From contig CBIMES010000001.1 of the NCBI GenBank assembly GCA_966243015.1, positions 143,995-207,994 of the forward strand: a DNA stretch of 64,000 nucleotides. Direction: 5' to 3'. Source of the DNA: an uncultured bacterium. Its GTDB lineage: Bacteria > Patescibacteriota > Minisyncoccia > Phycocordibacterales > UBA6065. Below the pieces are notes generated by a model that was given only the letters and a program-made list of their open reading frames with translations, was not told the DNA's origin and searched no databases. A program made the position numbers and the translations under genes. Below, in pieces: positions 19,091 through 28,430 of this stretch; positions within the stretch are counted from its first letter, which is position 1, and every line of letters begins with the position of its first letter.

Positions 19091-19432
19091 ATGATCAGGA
19101 GTCAACACGCTGTGACGGGAAGCCGGTGCAACAAAGTTCTCAAGGCGATCGGGGACTACTGGACGCTTGCCATCATAGGCGCCCTCGGCGACGGTGAGAG
19201 GCGTTTCTGCGAAATCGAGCGCGCCATCGCGGGCGTTAATCCTGTGACCCTGACGGCGCGTCTCAAGAAAATGGAGCAGCTCGGCCTTATAGAGCGAAGG
19301 ACGGAGTCCGAGAAAAAGATTCCTGTCATCTACGCTCTTACCGAGGACGGTCTCGAGCTCTTGCCCATAACGGTGAGCATTCGCAGGTTCGCCGAGGAAT
19401 TCACACCCAAGCGCTCTGGCGGACTTCGATAG
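19091..19432 (+). CDS. HxlR family winged-helix transcriptional regulator
   Basis: C-x-x-x-L...W motif, CNKVLKAIGDYWTLAII...RFCEIERAI; divergent from the oxidoreductase, a classic HxlR arrangement. Confidence 0.8.
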   Translation: MIRSQHAVTGSRCNKVLKAIGDYWTLAIIGALGDGERRFCEIERAIAGVNPVTLTARLKKMEQLGLIERRTESEKKIPVIYALTEDGLELLPITVSIRRFAEEFTPKRSGGLR

Positions 19433-19473
19433 GTGCTATACTAAAAGGTAAGAAGCCTAACATAACAACCACC

Positions 19474-19854
19474 ATGATCAAGAACACTGTGAAAGGTACG
19501 GGCATAGAGCTTTCAGAGGCAATCACGACCGCGATTGACAGGGTTGTTTCCTTCATCGAGAAGTATACAGACCCCGACGACACCAGCGTTCTTGTCGAGG
19601 TCGAGGTCGGCAAGACCACCAATCATCACCGATCGGGCGACATCTTCCGCGCCGAGATCAACTTCCGATCCCGCATCGGCACCCTCCGTGCCGAGGCAGA
19701 GAAAGAGGACCTGTACGTGGCCCTCACTGCGGCTCGCGACGAGATCGTCGAGTCCCTTCGCTCAAAGAAGTCGAAGCGAATCGATTTCATAAGGAGGGGC
19801 GGGCTCAAGTTCAAGAACATGCTTCGCGGCCTGCCTCAACGCTTTAAGAGATAG
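19474..19854 (+). CDS. hpf: ribosome hibernation promoting factor (RaiA/HPF)
   Basis: S30AE-family pattern GIELSEAITTAIDRV...NHHRSGDIFRAEINF...LYVALTAARDEI. Confidence 0.85.
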   Translation: MIKNTVKGTGIELSEAITTAIDRVVSFIEKYTDPDDTSVLVEVEVGKTTNHHRSGDIFRAEINFRSRIGTLRAEAEKEDLYVALTAARDEIVESLRSKKSKRIDFIRRGGLKFKNMLRGLPQRFKR

Positions 19855-19858
19855 ATCT

Positions 19859-20017
19859 ATGAACTGGCAGAGCCTCAACAAGCAGATGATAACGTTCTGT
19901 GCCGTCGCGATCCTCTTCGCCGGCAGCCTTTACTATCTCGTGGCTACCGCGTTCAAGAACGAGACCACCCTCGAGGCGCGCCAGGCGACAAGGGGTCTGT
20001 ACGACGATCTCTACTAG
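19859..20017 (+). CDS. small hydrophobic protein (52 aa)
   Basis: Unlisted small ORF with one TM helix, between hpf and a bidirectional terminator. Confidence 0.25.
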   Translation: MNWQSLNKQMITFCAVAILFAGSLYYLVATAFKNETTLEARQATRGLYDDLY

Positions 20018-20036
20018 CCTGATTAGTCGGCGCGCC

Positions 20037-20070
20037 GGAAAAAGCCGCGAGTGACTCGCGGCTTTTGTTT
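20037..20070. terminator. bidirectional Rho-independent terminator
   Basis: AGCCGCGAG-tgact-CTCGCGGCT flanked by A5 and T4GTTT; follows the stops of convergent genes. Confidence 0.75.
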
Positions 20071-20908
20071 ATTCCTTCCAAAGGGTCTCCTTTTTGCCCT
20101 CGGGTATGACCTTGCGTATGACGAACTTCCCATCCTCGTACGCGGCGTCGGTGATGATAAAGCGAGTGCTTTTGCCGTTCACGTCTTTGAAGAAATAGGT
20201 CGTCGGCCAACCCTTGTACGCGTTGAACTTGAGAAAGTTCTGATACGGGTCGGCGGTGAGGTCGATGAGGCCGTCTTCCTTTTTGATTTTCTTGGTGACG
20301 GTTGCCTCTGCGTGATTCTGCTCTGTTGCTCCGATCGATCCCTCTATCCACTTCGGGAGGGTCTCGACGAGGGCTTGCGCGCCTGCCGTCACCACGAGTC
20401 TCGCGAGCTCATCTGCGGGAATGGGCCAGGTCGCGGGCTCGGTCACGGCCGTGGCGATGATGGGCCCGTGATCCATGAGCTCGTCCATGAGCATGATGGT
20501 CGCGCCTGTCCTGCGCTCGTCGCGGAGGATCGCTGTCTCGATCGGTGACGATCCGCGAAGGCGGGGGAGAAGCGACGCGTGAAGGTTCACGCAGCCACGC
20601 CGTGGTATGTCGAGAACGTCTCGGCGGAGGATCTTGCCGTAGGCGACGACCACGAACACGTCGAAGTTGCCGTCGCGAAGGGTTTTGAGGAACGTCTCGT
20701 CGGCGAGGTTGTCGGGCTGAAGGACGGGGATACCCTCGGCCTGCGCCCAGACCTTTGCCGGCGGCGGGGTCATGACAAGCTTGCGGCCCTGCGGTCGGTC
20801 AGGCTGGGTGACGACGAGAAGCGGCGACATGCCCGCTGCTTTGAGGTGGTCGAGGACGATGACCGCGCGGTCAGGCGTGCCGAAGAATGCGATGCGAGGT
20901 GTTGCCAT
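20069..20908 (-). CDS. fmt: methionyl-tRNA formyltransferase
   Basis: RIAFFGTPDRAVIVLD...LVVTQPDRPQGRK and the formyltransferase core SLLPRLRGSSPI. Confidence 0.9.
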   Translation of the reverse strand: MATPRIAFFGTPDRAVIVLDHLKAAGMSPLLVVTQPDRPQGRKLVMTPPPAKVWAQAEGIPVLQPDNLADETFLKTLRDGNFDVFVVVAYGKILRRDVLDIPRRGCVNLHASLLPRLRGSSPIETAILRDERRTGATIMLMDELMDHGPIIATAVTEPATWPIPADELARLVVTAGAQALVETLPKWIEGSIGATEQNHAEATVTKKIKKEDGLIDLTADPYQNFLKFNAYKGWPTTYFFKDVNGKSTRFIITDAAYEDGKFVIRKVIPEGKKETLWKE

Positions 20909-20933
20909 GGGTTTGTGTTATTGCGTGCCGTGA

Positions 20934-21485
20934 TTAGGCGAGTTTCTTGTCGTGCTTGTGCCCCGGCGGCGGCACGTCGTGAACGTCGGTCGCATTGTCG
21001 ATGAAGAGGACACCGTCGAGGTGGTCGCACTCGTGCTGGAAGATCTGGGCGAGGAGTCCCGTGCCGCCGAACTCGAAGGTGTTGCCCTCCTCGTCCCCGG
21101 CGCGCACGCGAGCCTTGGTCGCGCGCATGGTCTTGCCGTAGAGGTAACGGACTGACAGACAACCTTCCTCCATCTCCTCGCGCTCGGGCGAGAGCTTGAT
21201 GATCTTTGGGTTGATGAAGACCATATCGGGGACGGGGACGTTCTTGGGGAGGTTCGCGCCGAGCTCGGGGTACATCATCTCGAGGGCGTTGCCTGCCACG
21301 AGGAAGATGCGGTACGAGACGCCGATCTGAGGTGCAGCGATAGCCACGCCGTCGTCCTGGGAGGCGAGGGCCTCGGACATGTCGGCGAGGATCTTGCGGA
21401 GCTCGGGGGTTCCGAACATTTTGGCCGGCACCGCCTTGGCTTTCTTCCTCAGTACGGGGTCTTCTTTTTGGACAATAGGTACCAT
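20934..21485 (-). CDS. def: peptide deformylase
   Basis: GIAAPQIG, EGCLSV and HECDHLDG (HExxH) motifs; start at MVPIVQ. Confidence 0.9.
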   Translation of the reverse strand: MVPIVQKEDPVLRKKAKAVPAKMFGTPELRKILADMSEALASQDDGVAIAAPQIGVSYRIFLVAGNALEMMYPELGANLPKNVPVPDMVFINPKIIKLSPEREEMEEGCLSVRYLYGKTMRATKARVRAGDEEGNTFEFGGTGLLAQIFQHECDHLDGVLFIDNATDVHDVPPPGHKHDKKLA

Positions 21486-21566
21486 ATGGTGTGTATGTAG
21501 ACAGTCTATAGAAAATTGGGGAAAAGGCAAAAAGAAAACCCACCGAGCGGGTTTTCCGTTGGTGGG

Positions 21567-22124
21567 TTAGCGTGTGCTGGCGATGAATATCGTGCCTGCT
21601 GGCCAGATGGCGTCTTTGCCTCCGAAGAACGCGAGGTCGAGCTCCCTGTCTCCGACGGCCTCTTCGTAATAGGGAATGAGGGGTGCTCCGCCTTCGATTT
21701 CTACTACTGAGCCGAGGGCGTATATTTTGATACGACCCCTTGCCGTGTTTTCATCTCCCGAGACCCATTTCATGAGATCTCCGAGCGTTCCTGGCCTGTA
21801 TCCGGCCTCGGCGAGAGATTTTATAACTTCTCTTGTGGTTTTATCCTTCTGGAAAGAGAAGACCTCTTGGGTCGAGCCGATTCTCATGCTTTCCTCTCCC
21901 ATGACTGCTGGATTCAGCATCGCATTGACTCGGGAGTAATGAAAAGCCCTGATGAGCTCAATATATGTTGTGACGGTTTCCTTCCAGGGATACTTCTTGA
22001 CCAGAAAGCGTTTAAGCGCCTGGAGCCAAGAACGTCCGTTCCCCCCTGCGAGCCTTTCGTAGAGATCAGCGAGCGTTCCTTTTGATTCGCTGACAGTGAT
22101 ACCGACATTGTTGTCAGAGGACAT
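21567..22124 (-). CDS. hypothetical protein inserted between def and priA
   Basis: 185 aa with no recognisable motif; same strand and close spacing as the priA-def-fmt neighbours. Confidence 0.4.
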   Translation of the reverse strand: MSSDNNVGITVSESKGTLADLYERLAGGNGRSWLQALKRFLVKKYPWKETVTTYIELIRAFHYSRVNAMLNPAVMGEESMRIGSTQEVFSFQKDKTTREVIKSLAEAGYRPGTLGDLMKWVSGDENTARGRIKIYALGSVVEIEGGAPLIPYYEEAVGDRELDLAFFGGKDAIWPAGTIFIASTR

Positions 22125-22250
22125 GGTGCTTTCTTCAGTCTTTGCCTATCAGGGCCGCGCTTGTGCGGGGTTGTCCCGATACGCACGCCGTATTCTTTGG
22201 TTACAGCGCTCTGATGTATATTATATCACAAATAATACAAAAATCAAGTA

Positions 22251-24131
22251 CTAGAGAATGCTCTCTGGATCAACGTTGACTGCGTAAGAAGGCGGGAGCG
22301 AACGTAGTCTCTCCAGAAGTTTTTCGTCAGGCCACTCTCCGCGCGAGAGCTTGATGAGGGCGTGCATGACGTACTCGCCCTTCACGGTCGCGATGAAGGC
22401 GGGGAAGACGTCGACGGTCCAGTCGGCCAGAATCTCCTTCAGCTTCTCCATTGAGTCGAGAACCGTCTCCTTCTTGCCGGTGTACGAGATCTTTATGAAG
22501 TTCGAGAACGGTGGGAACGAGACGGCGCGGCGAGCCTCGATCTCCTCGCGGTAGAAGTCTATGATATTGCCCTTCACGCCCAGTGCGAGCACGGGCTCCT
22601 CGGGTCGCCTCGTCTGGAGGAGGAAGTGCTTGCGAGCGAGCGAGCGCATCTTGAGGATGATCGAAAAAATCTTCTCGTTGATGCGGAAGTCGGGAATCGA
22701 AAAGAGGGCGTCGAGCGAGGCGACGGCGGTGTTGTCTATCTCACGGTCGAGGTATAGCAGGGCGAGCTCGGTGCCGACCATGATGCTGCCGGGCGAGTCA
22801 TAGAACCTCTCGGCGATCTCGACGGCCTTCTTGTGGGTCGGTGCGGACATCTTGTCGAGGACGATGATGTTTGCCTCGGGAATGGCGGCGGCCAAATCCT
22901 CGGCGATGCGCTCGGTGCCGATGCCGAGGGTGGTCAGACGCCAGCTGCCGCAGCCTCGGCAGACGGTGTGCGCGTCAGAGCGGAGACCACACTTGTTGCA
23001 GAGGAAGAACCTCCTGTCGTCCTTGCCGTGCAGGACGAGGGGCGCGGCGCAGCGCTTGCAGGTGAGCGTCGTCTCGCAGTCGGCGCAGATGGTCTGGGGC
23101 GCGAGACCCTTTCTGCCGGCGAAGACGAACATGAGGCCGCTCTCCTCGCGGTTCTTCTGGGCGAGGGCGATGAGGTCGTTTGAGAGGACCCTGATGGACT
23201 TTGCGCCCTTGTATATCTTCATGTCGACAAGGTGGTCGCGGGCGGTCGAGAGGGAACGCATGGCCGGCGGCGCGTACTCGACGAGCTCAGCCTCCTCGTG
23301 CCGCCAGAGCGTCTCCACGCGGACATACGAGTCGCCGAGGATGAGGTCCGCCCCCGTCTCCTTGGCGAGTTTCTCGGCGGCGAGGCGGACGTCGATGAAG
23401 GGCCTGGTCTGGCTTTTGTACGATCGGGAGTTCTCTCGTTCGACGATGATAAGGCCGACGTCGTGGCGGGGAATCGAGAGAAAGCCGCCGGTGGCGACAA
23501 TGATGATGGGGTGATCGTCCTCGAGGGCCTTCTTCCAGCGCTTGGCTATCTCACCCTTGGCGACGCCGCTGTGGAATATGTAGGTGTATGGCTCGATGCC
23601 TTTCTCGAAATACGAGCACGCCTTCTTGATGTCCTCGACGGTCGGCATGAGCATGAAGACGGACTCCTTGCGGGCGAAGCGCTCGCGGATGAGGCTCTTG
23701 TAGTGACCGTAGCGATCGTCATCCGCCTTCTGTAGGACAAACGACTCGCGTGACTTGGTTCGCTTGATGAGGGGCCTGGCCTCGGGGAGCGACTCGTATT
23801 CTGAGAGGACCGTCGCCGGCACGAGGTCAAAGAGCACGCTGCCGACGGACGAGGCATAGTGGCGGGCGATTTCCTCGGTTGCCTTGAAGAATTGGGTCGA
23901 CACGATGCTGCGGGCGTTAAGGTTCGACACCTTCCTCATCTCGAAGTTCGCCGACTTGATCTCGGCCTTTGACTCGGTGGCGGGCTGGCTGGCGAGAACG
24001 ATGGCACCTACGGTGCGCTTGCGGAGGGGCACGCGGATAATCGAGCCCGGAAGGGCTTCGCTTGGGCTCCAATATGAAAGCAGGTCAGCTCCGATTCCGC
24101 GGGCGATGGGTATGGCTTTAATCAGATACAC
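22251..24131 (-). CDS. priA: primosomal protein N' (replication restart helicase PriA)
   Basis: PriA N-terminal 3'-DNA-binding region, helicase core and Cys4 zinc ribbon (CADCETTLTCKRC...CNKCG...CRGCG). Confidence 0.85.
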   Translation of the reverse strand: MYLIKAIPIARGIGADLLSYWSPSEALPGSIIRVPLRKRTVGAIVLASQPATESKAEIKSANFEMRKVSNLNARSIVSTQFFKATEEIARHYASSVGSVLFDLVPATVLSEYESLPEARPLIKRTKSRESFVLQKADDDRYGHYKSLIRERFARKESVFMLMPTVEDIKKACSYFEKGIEPYTYIFHSGVAKGEIAKRWKKALEDDHPIIIVATGGFLSIPRHDVGLIIVERENSRSYKSQTRPFIDVRLAAEKLAKETGADLILGDSYVRVETLWRHEEAELVEYAPPAMRSLSTARDHLVDMKIYKGAKSIRVLSNDLIALAQKNREESGLMFVFAGRKGLAPQTICADCETTLTCKRCAAPLVLHGKDDRRFFLCNKCGLRSDAHTVCRGCGSWRLTTLGIGTERIAEDLAAAIPEANIIVLDKMSAPTHKKAVEIAERFYDSPGSIMVGTELALLYLDREIDNTAVASLDALFSIPDFRINEKIFSIILKMRSLARKHFLLQTRRPEEPVLALGVKGNIIDFYREEIEARRAVSFPPFSNFIKISYTGKKETVLDSMEKLKEILADWTVDVFPAFIATVKGEYVMHALIKLSRGEWPDEKLLERLRSLPPSYAVNVDPESIL

Positions 24132-24192
24132 GCATACAGACTAGCATAAATAGCCGTCCGTGAAAGGCTTTTTCGGGATGTTATATTTGAAT

Positions 24193-25050
24193 CTAGGGGC
24201 GTGCGGCAATCGTGAGCCTCTCCAATCCTTTCGCGTAGATATTCCAGACTTCGGAAGCGACGAGTGTCTTTGCGTATACGCGAACCTCGTCTATGTGGCC
24301 CTGGAAATATTCGCCATCCGAGCAGGCACTTGAACCCGCCTCGGCTCCGATACAGAGAGGGTTGTTTACCGCGTAGTTCACAGGACCATTGGGCGTCGCA
24401 TTTTCCGCAACCTGCTTTCCGTCGAGATAAAGCCTGATTGTATCGCCGTCATAGGTTACGAGCGCGTGATGCCATGTGTTCGGCGATATGCTCGAGATTG
24501 GCGTTTTGGCGGCGTGCCAGGTTCCCCCTACGTTGAGGAGCCCGCACAGGCCGCCCGTTCCGCCGCAAGCCACGGCCTCGTTGATGGCCAGGCTGTATCC
24601 GCCGGTTTGGGACTTGGAGATGATGCGCCTTGGACCGGTGATTGACGAAGCGTTGAACCAGGCCCCGAAGGACACTGCGGACGTTGGGGCGAGTTCGGCG
24701 GAGTGACCGATTGTGACGCGGCCGGTCGATCCATTAAGCTGAAGAGATTGCCCCGTGCCTGAATAGGTATTTGCCGAGGTGACGCTTGCTCCCGTTGAGA
24801 GTGTCCCGTTGTTACCGCCAGCTCCGTTGATCGCAGTCGTTCCCGAATCCGCGTCAAAGTCCCACATGCCGGCGACCTGGTCTCCCATGGTGCGAAACGT
24901 CTGGGCGGAGAACTGCCTCGCCGCGCCGAGGCGCGCTTTCTCGCGCGCCGAGTTGAGGCTCGCGAGGACGATGCTCGAGAGCAGGCCGATGATGGCGATG
25001 ACCACGAGGAGCTCGATGAGGGTGAAGCCCCTGTTCCGATGAGATGTCAT
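24193..25050 (-). CDS. type IV pilin-like protein with a LamG/concanavalin-A-like lectin domain
   Basis: N-terminus [26 protein letters not shown]; LamG-type signatures ([42 protein letters not shown]). Confidence 0.7.
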   Translation of the reverse strand: MTSHRNRGFTLIELLVVIAIIGLLSSIVLASLNSAREKARLGAARQFSAQTFRTMGDQVAGMWDFDADSGTTAINGAGGNNGTLSTGASVTSANTYSGTGQSLQLNGSTGRVTIGHSAELAPTSAVSFGAWFNASSITGPRRIISKSQTGGYSLAINEAVACGGTGGLCGLLNVGGTWHAAKTPISSISPNTWHHALVTYDGDTIRLYLDGKQVAENATPNGPVNYAVNNPLCIGAEAGSSACSDGEYFQGHIDEVRVYAKTLVASEVWNIYAKGLERLTIAARP

Positions 25051-25121
25051 GTTTCTACCATAACAAAATTAATCGGTCGGCGTAACCCTTTGGGCGTATA
25101 CTTTTCCACAGAAGCAAGAGG

Positions 25122-25170
25122 CTGCGCGGGCGGGCCGAAAGGCCCGCCCGCGCAGTCTTCTCTTTTTATG
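25122..25170. terminator. Rho-independent terminator (33-nt perfect hairpin)
   Basis: CTGCGCGGGCGGGCC-gaaa-GGCCCGCCCGCGCAG followed by TCTTCTCTTTTT; between murA and the pilin gene. Confidence 0.65.
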
Positions 25171-25181
25171 CGATGCTTTTC

Positions 25182-26750
25182 TTAGAGATCCCTGAACACC
25201 TCGATCTTCGCGCCGATGGCATTGAGACGATTGGCGAGGTCCTCGTATCCGCGGTTGATGTTGTAGACGTTGCGGAGCACCGACGTTCCCTCGGCCGCGA
25301 GCATGCCGAGCATTATAATCACGGACGGGCGAAGGGCGGGAGGGCAGACAATTTCGGTTGCCTTGAGCTTCGTCGGGCCTTTCACATAGAAGCGGTGCGG
25401 ATCGGCGAGGATGGTCTCGGCACGCATCTTGTCGAGTTCCTTGTAATAGATCGCTCGCTCTTCGTACACCCAGTCGTGGATGAAGGTCTGACCCTCCGCC
25501 TGCGTGCCGATGATGGCGAAGAAGGGGAGGTTGTCCATGTTGATGCCCGGGTATGGTTGAGCGTGAATCTTCTCCTCGAGGGCGACGAGCTTCGACGCGA
25601 AGGTTTGGATGTCGACGAGGTTGGTCTTGCTGTTGTCGGCCTTGTATCGCTTCACGATTTTGTACTTGAACCCCATCTTCTCGAGCTTGAGGAGCTCGAG
25701 CTCGAGGAAGTCGATGGGGCAGCGCTCGATGGTGATTGATGACTTGGTGACGATGGCCGCGGCGAGGAGTGACATTGCCTCGATGGGGTCCTCCGAGAGG
25801 AAATACTCAATGTCCTTCTTCACGCCGTTCTTGCTGCCGTCGATGCCGTGTACGGTCATGGTCGAGGTGCCGATGCCGTCGATCTTCGCGCCGAGGAGCT
25901 CGAGGTAGAAGCAGACGTCCTGGACCTGGTAGTTCGCAGAGGCGAACTTCACGGTCGTGGTGCCGGGGATGAGCGCCGCCGCCATGAGCACGGCCTCGGT
26001 CACGGTGTCTCCCGCCTCGTACATGACGACTTCGCGGTCCTTCTTGAGGCCGTCGTGCGAGACGTGGTAGTACTCTGAGCTGGTCTCGATCTTCACGCCG
26101 AGTTTCTCGAGGGCGTAGACGTACGGCTTGATGGTTCGGGAGCCGAGTCGGCAGCCTGACGCCTGAGGGAGGTCAAACTCCTTCATTCTGTGAATGAGCG
26201 AGCCGACCATCATGATGACGGAACGGGTCTTCGCCGCGGAGTCGTAGGCGATGTCCTTCATGGCGAATTTCTCGGGCGGGGTGATGTGCAGATCTGGGCC
26301 CTTCCATTCGATCTTCACGCCGATGGACTCGAGCACCTCGGCGATGCGGTTTACCTCCTCAATCTTGGGAGTGTTCTTGATGACGGTCGTGCCGCGGTTC
26401 ATGAGCGATGCGCACATGAGGCCGACGGCGCCGTTCTTCGACGTGCGCACCTTGATCGAGCCCGAGAGCTGATGTCCTCCCTCGATGCGGAAGTTGACCG
26501 TGCCACCCTTCGCGAGGGAGACGATCTCCTGGCCGAGCGCCGCCGAGAGCTTGGCGAGGGTCTCGGTCGACAGGTTCTGCTCGCCCTTCTCGATGCGGGC
26601 GATGACGGACTGGGTGGTGCCGATCTTCTCGCCGAGCTCGGTCTGGGTCATGCGCCTGTCCTCGCGGAGGCGGGCGATCATGAGGCCGATAGAGGCGAGG
26701 GCTTCGGCAGGCTTGCTCTCCTTCGCGGTTTTTTTGGTTTTGGTGGGCAT
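25182..26750 (-). CDS. murA: UDP-N-acetylglucosamine 1-carboxyvinyltransferase with an N-terminal HTH (XRE-type) domain
   Basis: ~70-aa N-terminal XRE-like HTH (RMTQTELGEKIGTTQSVIARIEKGEQNLS). A full MurA body follows, with FRIEGGHQLSGSIKV..., the conserved active-site region and the C-terminal NINRGYEDLANRLNAIGAKIE. Start placed at MPTKTKK. Confidence 0.8.
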   Translation of the reverse strand: MPTKTKKTAKESKPAEALASIGLMIARLREDRRMTQTELGEKIGTTQSVIARIEKGEQNLSTETLAKLSAALGQEIVSLAKGGTVNFRIEGGHQLSGSIKVRTSKNGAVGLMCASLMNRGTTVIKNTPKIEEVNRIAEVLESIGVKIEWKGPDLHITPPEKFAMKDIAYDSAAKTRSVIMMVGSLIHRMKEFDLPQASGCRLGSRTIKPYVYALEKLGVKIETSSEYYHVSHDGLKKDREVVMYEAGDTVTEAVLMAAALIPGTTTVKFASANYQVQDVCFYLELLGAKIDGIGTSTMTVHGIDGSKNGVKKDIEYFLSEDPIEAMSLLAAAIVTKSSITIERCPIDFLELELLKLEKMGFKYKIVKRYKADNSKTNLVDIQTFASKLVALEEKIHAQPYPGINMDNLPFFAIIGTQAEGQTFIHDWVYEERAIYYKELDKMRAETILADPHRFYVKGPTKLKATEIVCPPALRPSVIIMLGMLAAEGTSVLRNVYNINRGYEDLANRLNAIGAKIEVFRDL

Positions 26751-27035
26751 GGTTCGGTGCTTATGGGTAAGTGAGAAACAGTATAGCATATATGCTATAC
26801 ATTTAAGACGGTGCTGTGGATAAAAAAGCACGCAGGGGAGGCGTGCTGAGGGGGGTCTATCTTCTTGTGAGGGAGGCGACGATCCAGGCTGCGAGCAGGA
26901 GGGCCAGAAGGCCAGAGACGACGGACGATACGGTGAGGCCCTGCCATTTCCCGGTGTCGCACCCGTGGCTTTCGCTGGTCGATGGGGAGGGGTCGGCGTT
27001 CATTTCATCACCATAGTGCCCCCGTCGTGTCCAGA

Positions 27036-27069
27036 TGTCAACAAAACATCCGCACCTGAGTGCGGATGT
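27036..27069 (-). terminator. Rho-independent terminator
   Basis: ACATCCGCAC-tcag-GTGCGGATGT followed by TTTGTTG on the minus strand. Confidence 0.6.
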
Positions 27070-27085
27070 GATATCTGGCCGCGGG

Positions 27086-27313
27086 TCAGGGCCAGGTGAC
27101 GTTGAGGCTCTTGAACAGATCCTCAAGCTGCGTGACGAGCTGTCTTCCTCCTTCTTTTGCCCTGAGGGCTTCTCGCCGGCAGGTGGCGAGGAACACTTTG
27201 AGCGGTTTTTCCGTATAATCTGCGAGCAGGACGATGCGAATGTGGGACTTGCCGCGAAGCAAGTCGCCGAGCGGGATTTCCGTGATGTCGAGGACGGGTG
27301 CTGGTGAGGCCAT
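27086..27313 (-). CDS. small hypothetical protein (75 aa)
   Basis: ORF ends at a canonical terminator; no recognisable motif. Confidence 0.3.
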   Translation of the reverse strand: MASPAPVLDITEIPLGDLLRGKSHIRIVLLADYTEKPLKVFLATCRREALRAKEGGRQLVTQLEDLFKSLNVTWP

Positions 27314-27403
27314 GGTGAGCGGTTCGCATATAACTATCTATCACTTAGGAGGGGTGGTCAAGACTCGCCAATCCACAAAATAGGCGTATAGTTAAGGCCA
27401 CAT

Positions 27404-28417
27404 ATGGCCATATTTACGAAGAAACTCGGCATTGACCTCGGCACCGCGAACACCCTCGTGTTCATTCCCGGCAAGGGCATCGTCCTCAACGAGCCTTCGG
27501 TGGTCGCTGTGTCCGAACAGGACAACAAGATTCTTGCCGTCGGTGTCGAGGCGAAGAACATGATTGGCCGAACGCCGGAGTCGATCATCGCGTACCGTCC
27601 GATGAAGGACGGCGTCATCGCCGACTATCGCGTGACCGAGGCCATGCTCCGGTACTTTATCGACAAGGCTCTCGGCAAGTGGAACATCTGGAAGCCAGAA
27701 GTCCTCGTGTCCGTTCCCGCGGGCATCACCTCGACCGAGCGACGAGCCGTCGTCGAAGCTGCCGTGAAGGCGGGCGCCAAGAATGCCTATGTGGTCAAGG
27801 AGCCGATCCTCGCCGCCATCGGCGCGGGCATCCCGATTCAGGAGGCGCGCGGCCACATGATCGTCGACATCGGCGGGGGTACGACTGACGTCGCGGTCAT
27901 CTCGCTCGGTGGCATCGTGTCCTCGACTTCGGTCAAGTGCGCCGGCAACAGGATTGACGCCGCCATCGCCGACTACATCAAGAAGACCTTCAACCTCGCC
28001 ATCGGAGACAAGACCGCCGAGAACATCAAGATCCAGATCGGTTCGGCCGTTCCTCTCGAGGAGGAGCTTTCCATGGTCATCAAGGGACGAGACTTCGTCT
28101 CGGGACTGCCGCGCTCGACCGAGCTTAAGTCGAACGAGGTGGTCAAGGCGATCACCCGCGAGCTTCGCGACATGGTGAAGGCGATCAAGGACGTGCTCCA
28201 GGAGACTCCTCCCGAGCTCGCCGCCGACATCATCGACAGCGGCATCATCATGACCGGGGGATCGTCCCAGCTCCGCAACCTTCCCGAGCTCGTCTTCCGT
28301 CGCACCGGCGTGAAGGCCGTCCTCGCCGAGGACCCTCTGTACTGCGTTGCCAAGGGAACCGGCATCGCGCTCGAGCATCTCGAGACGTACAAGAGGACGA
28401 TTATTTCGAAGAGATAA
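27404..28417 (+). CDS. mreB: rod shape-determining actin homologue MreB (paralogue 1)
   Basis: LGIDLGTANTLVF phosphate-1 motif, IVDIGGGTTDVAVIS phosphate-2 and the adenosine motif; 337 aa. Confidence 0.9.
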   Translation: MAIFTKKLGIDLGTANTLVFIPGKGIVLNEPSVVAVSEQDNKILAVGVEAKNMIGRTPESIIAYRPMKDGVIADYRVTEAMLRYFIDKALGKWNIWKPEVLVSVPAGITSTERRAVVEAAVKAGAKNAYVVKEPILAAIGAGIPIQEARGHMIVDIGGGTTDVAVISLGGIVSSTSVKCAGNRIDAAIADYIKKTFNLAIGDKTAENIKIQIGSAVPLEEELSMVIKGRDFVSGLPRSTELKSNEVVKAITRELRDMVKAIKDVLQETPPELAADIIDSGIIMTGGSSQLRNLPELVFRRTGVKAVLAEDPLYCVAKGTGIALEHLETYKRTIISKR

Positions 28418-28430
28418 TTTAATTTACGGT

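Noticed and set aside
22831-23514. 227-aa and other plus-strand ORFs inside priA
   Set aside because: Antisense to priA (helicase and zinc-ribbon motifs on the minus strand); Arg/Ala-rich artefact ORFs
25173-26823. Several 60-194-aa plus-strand ORFs
   Set aside because: Antisense to the HTH-murA gene; no motifs
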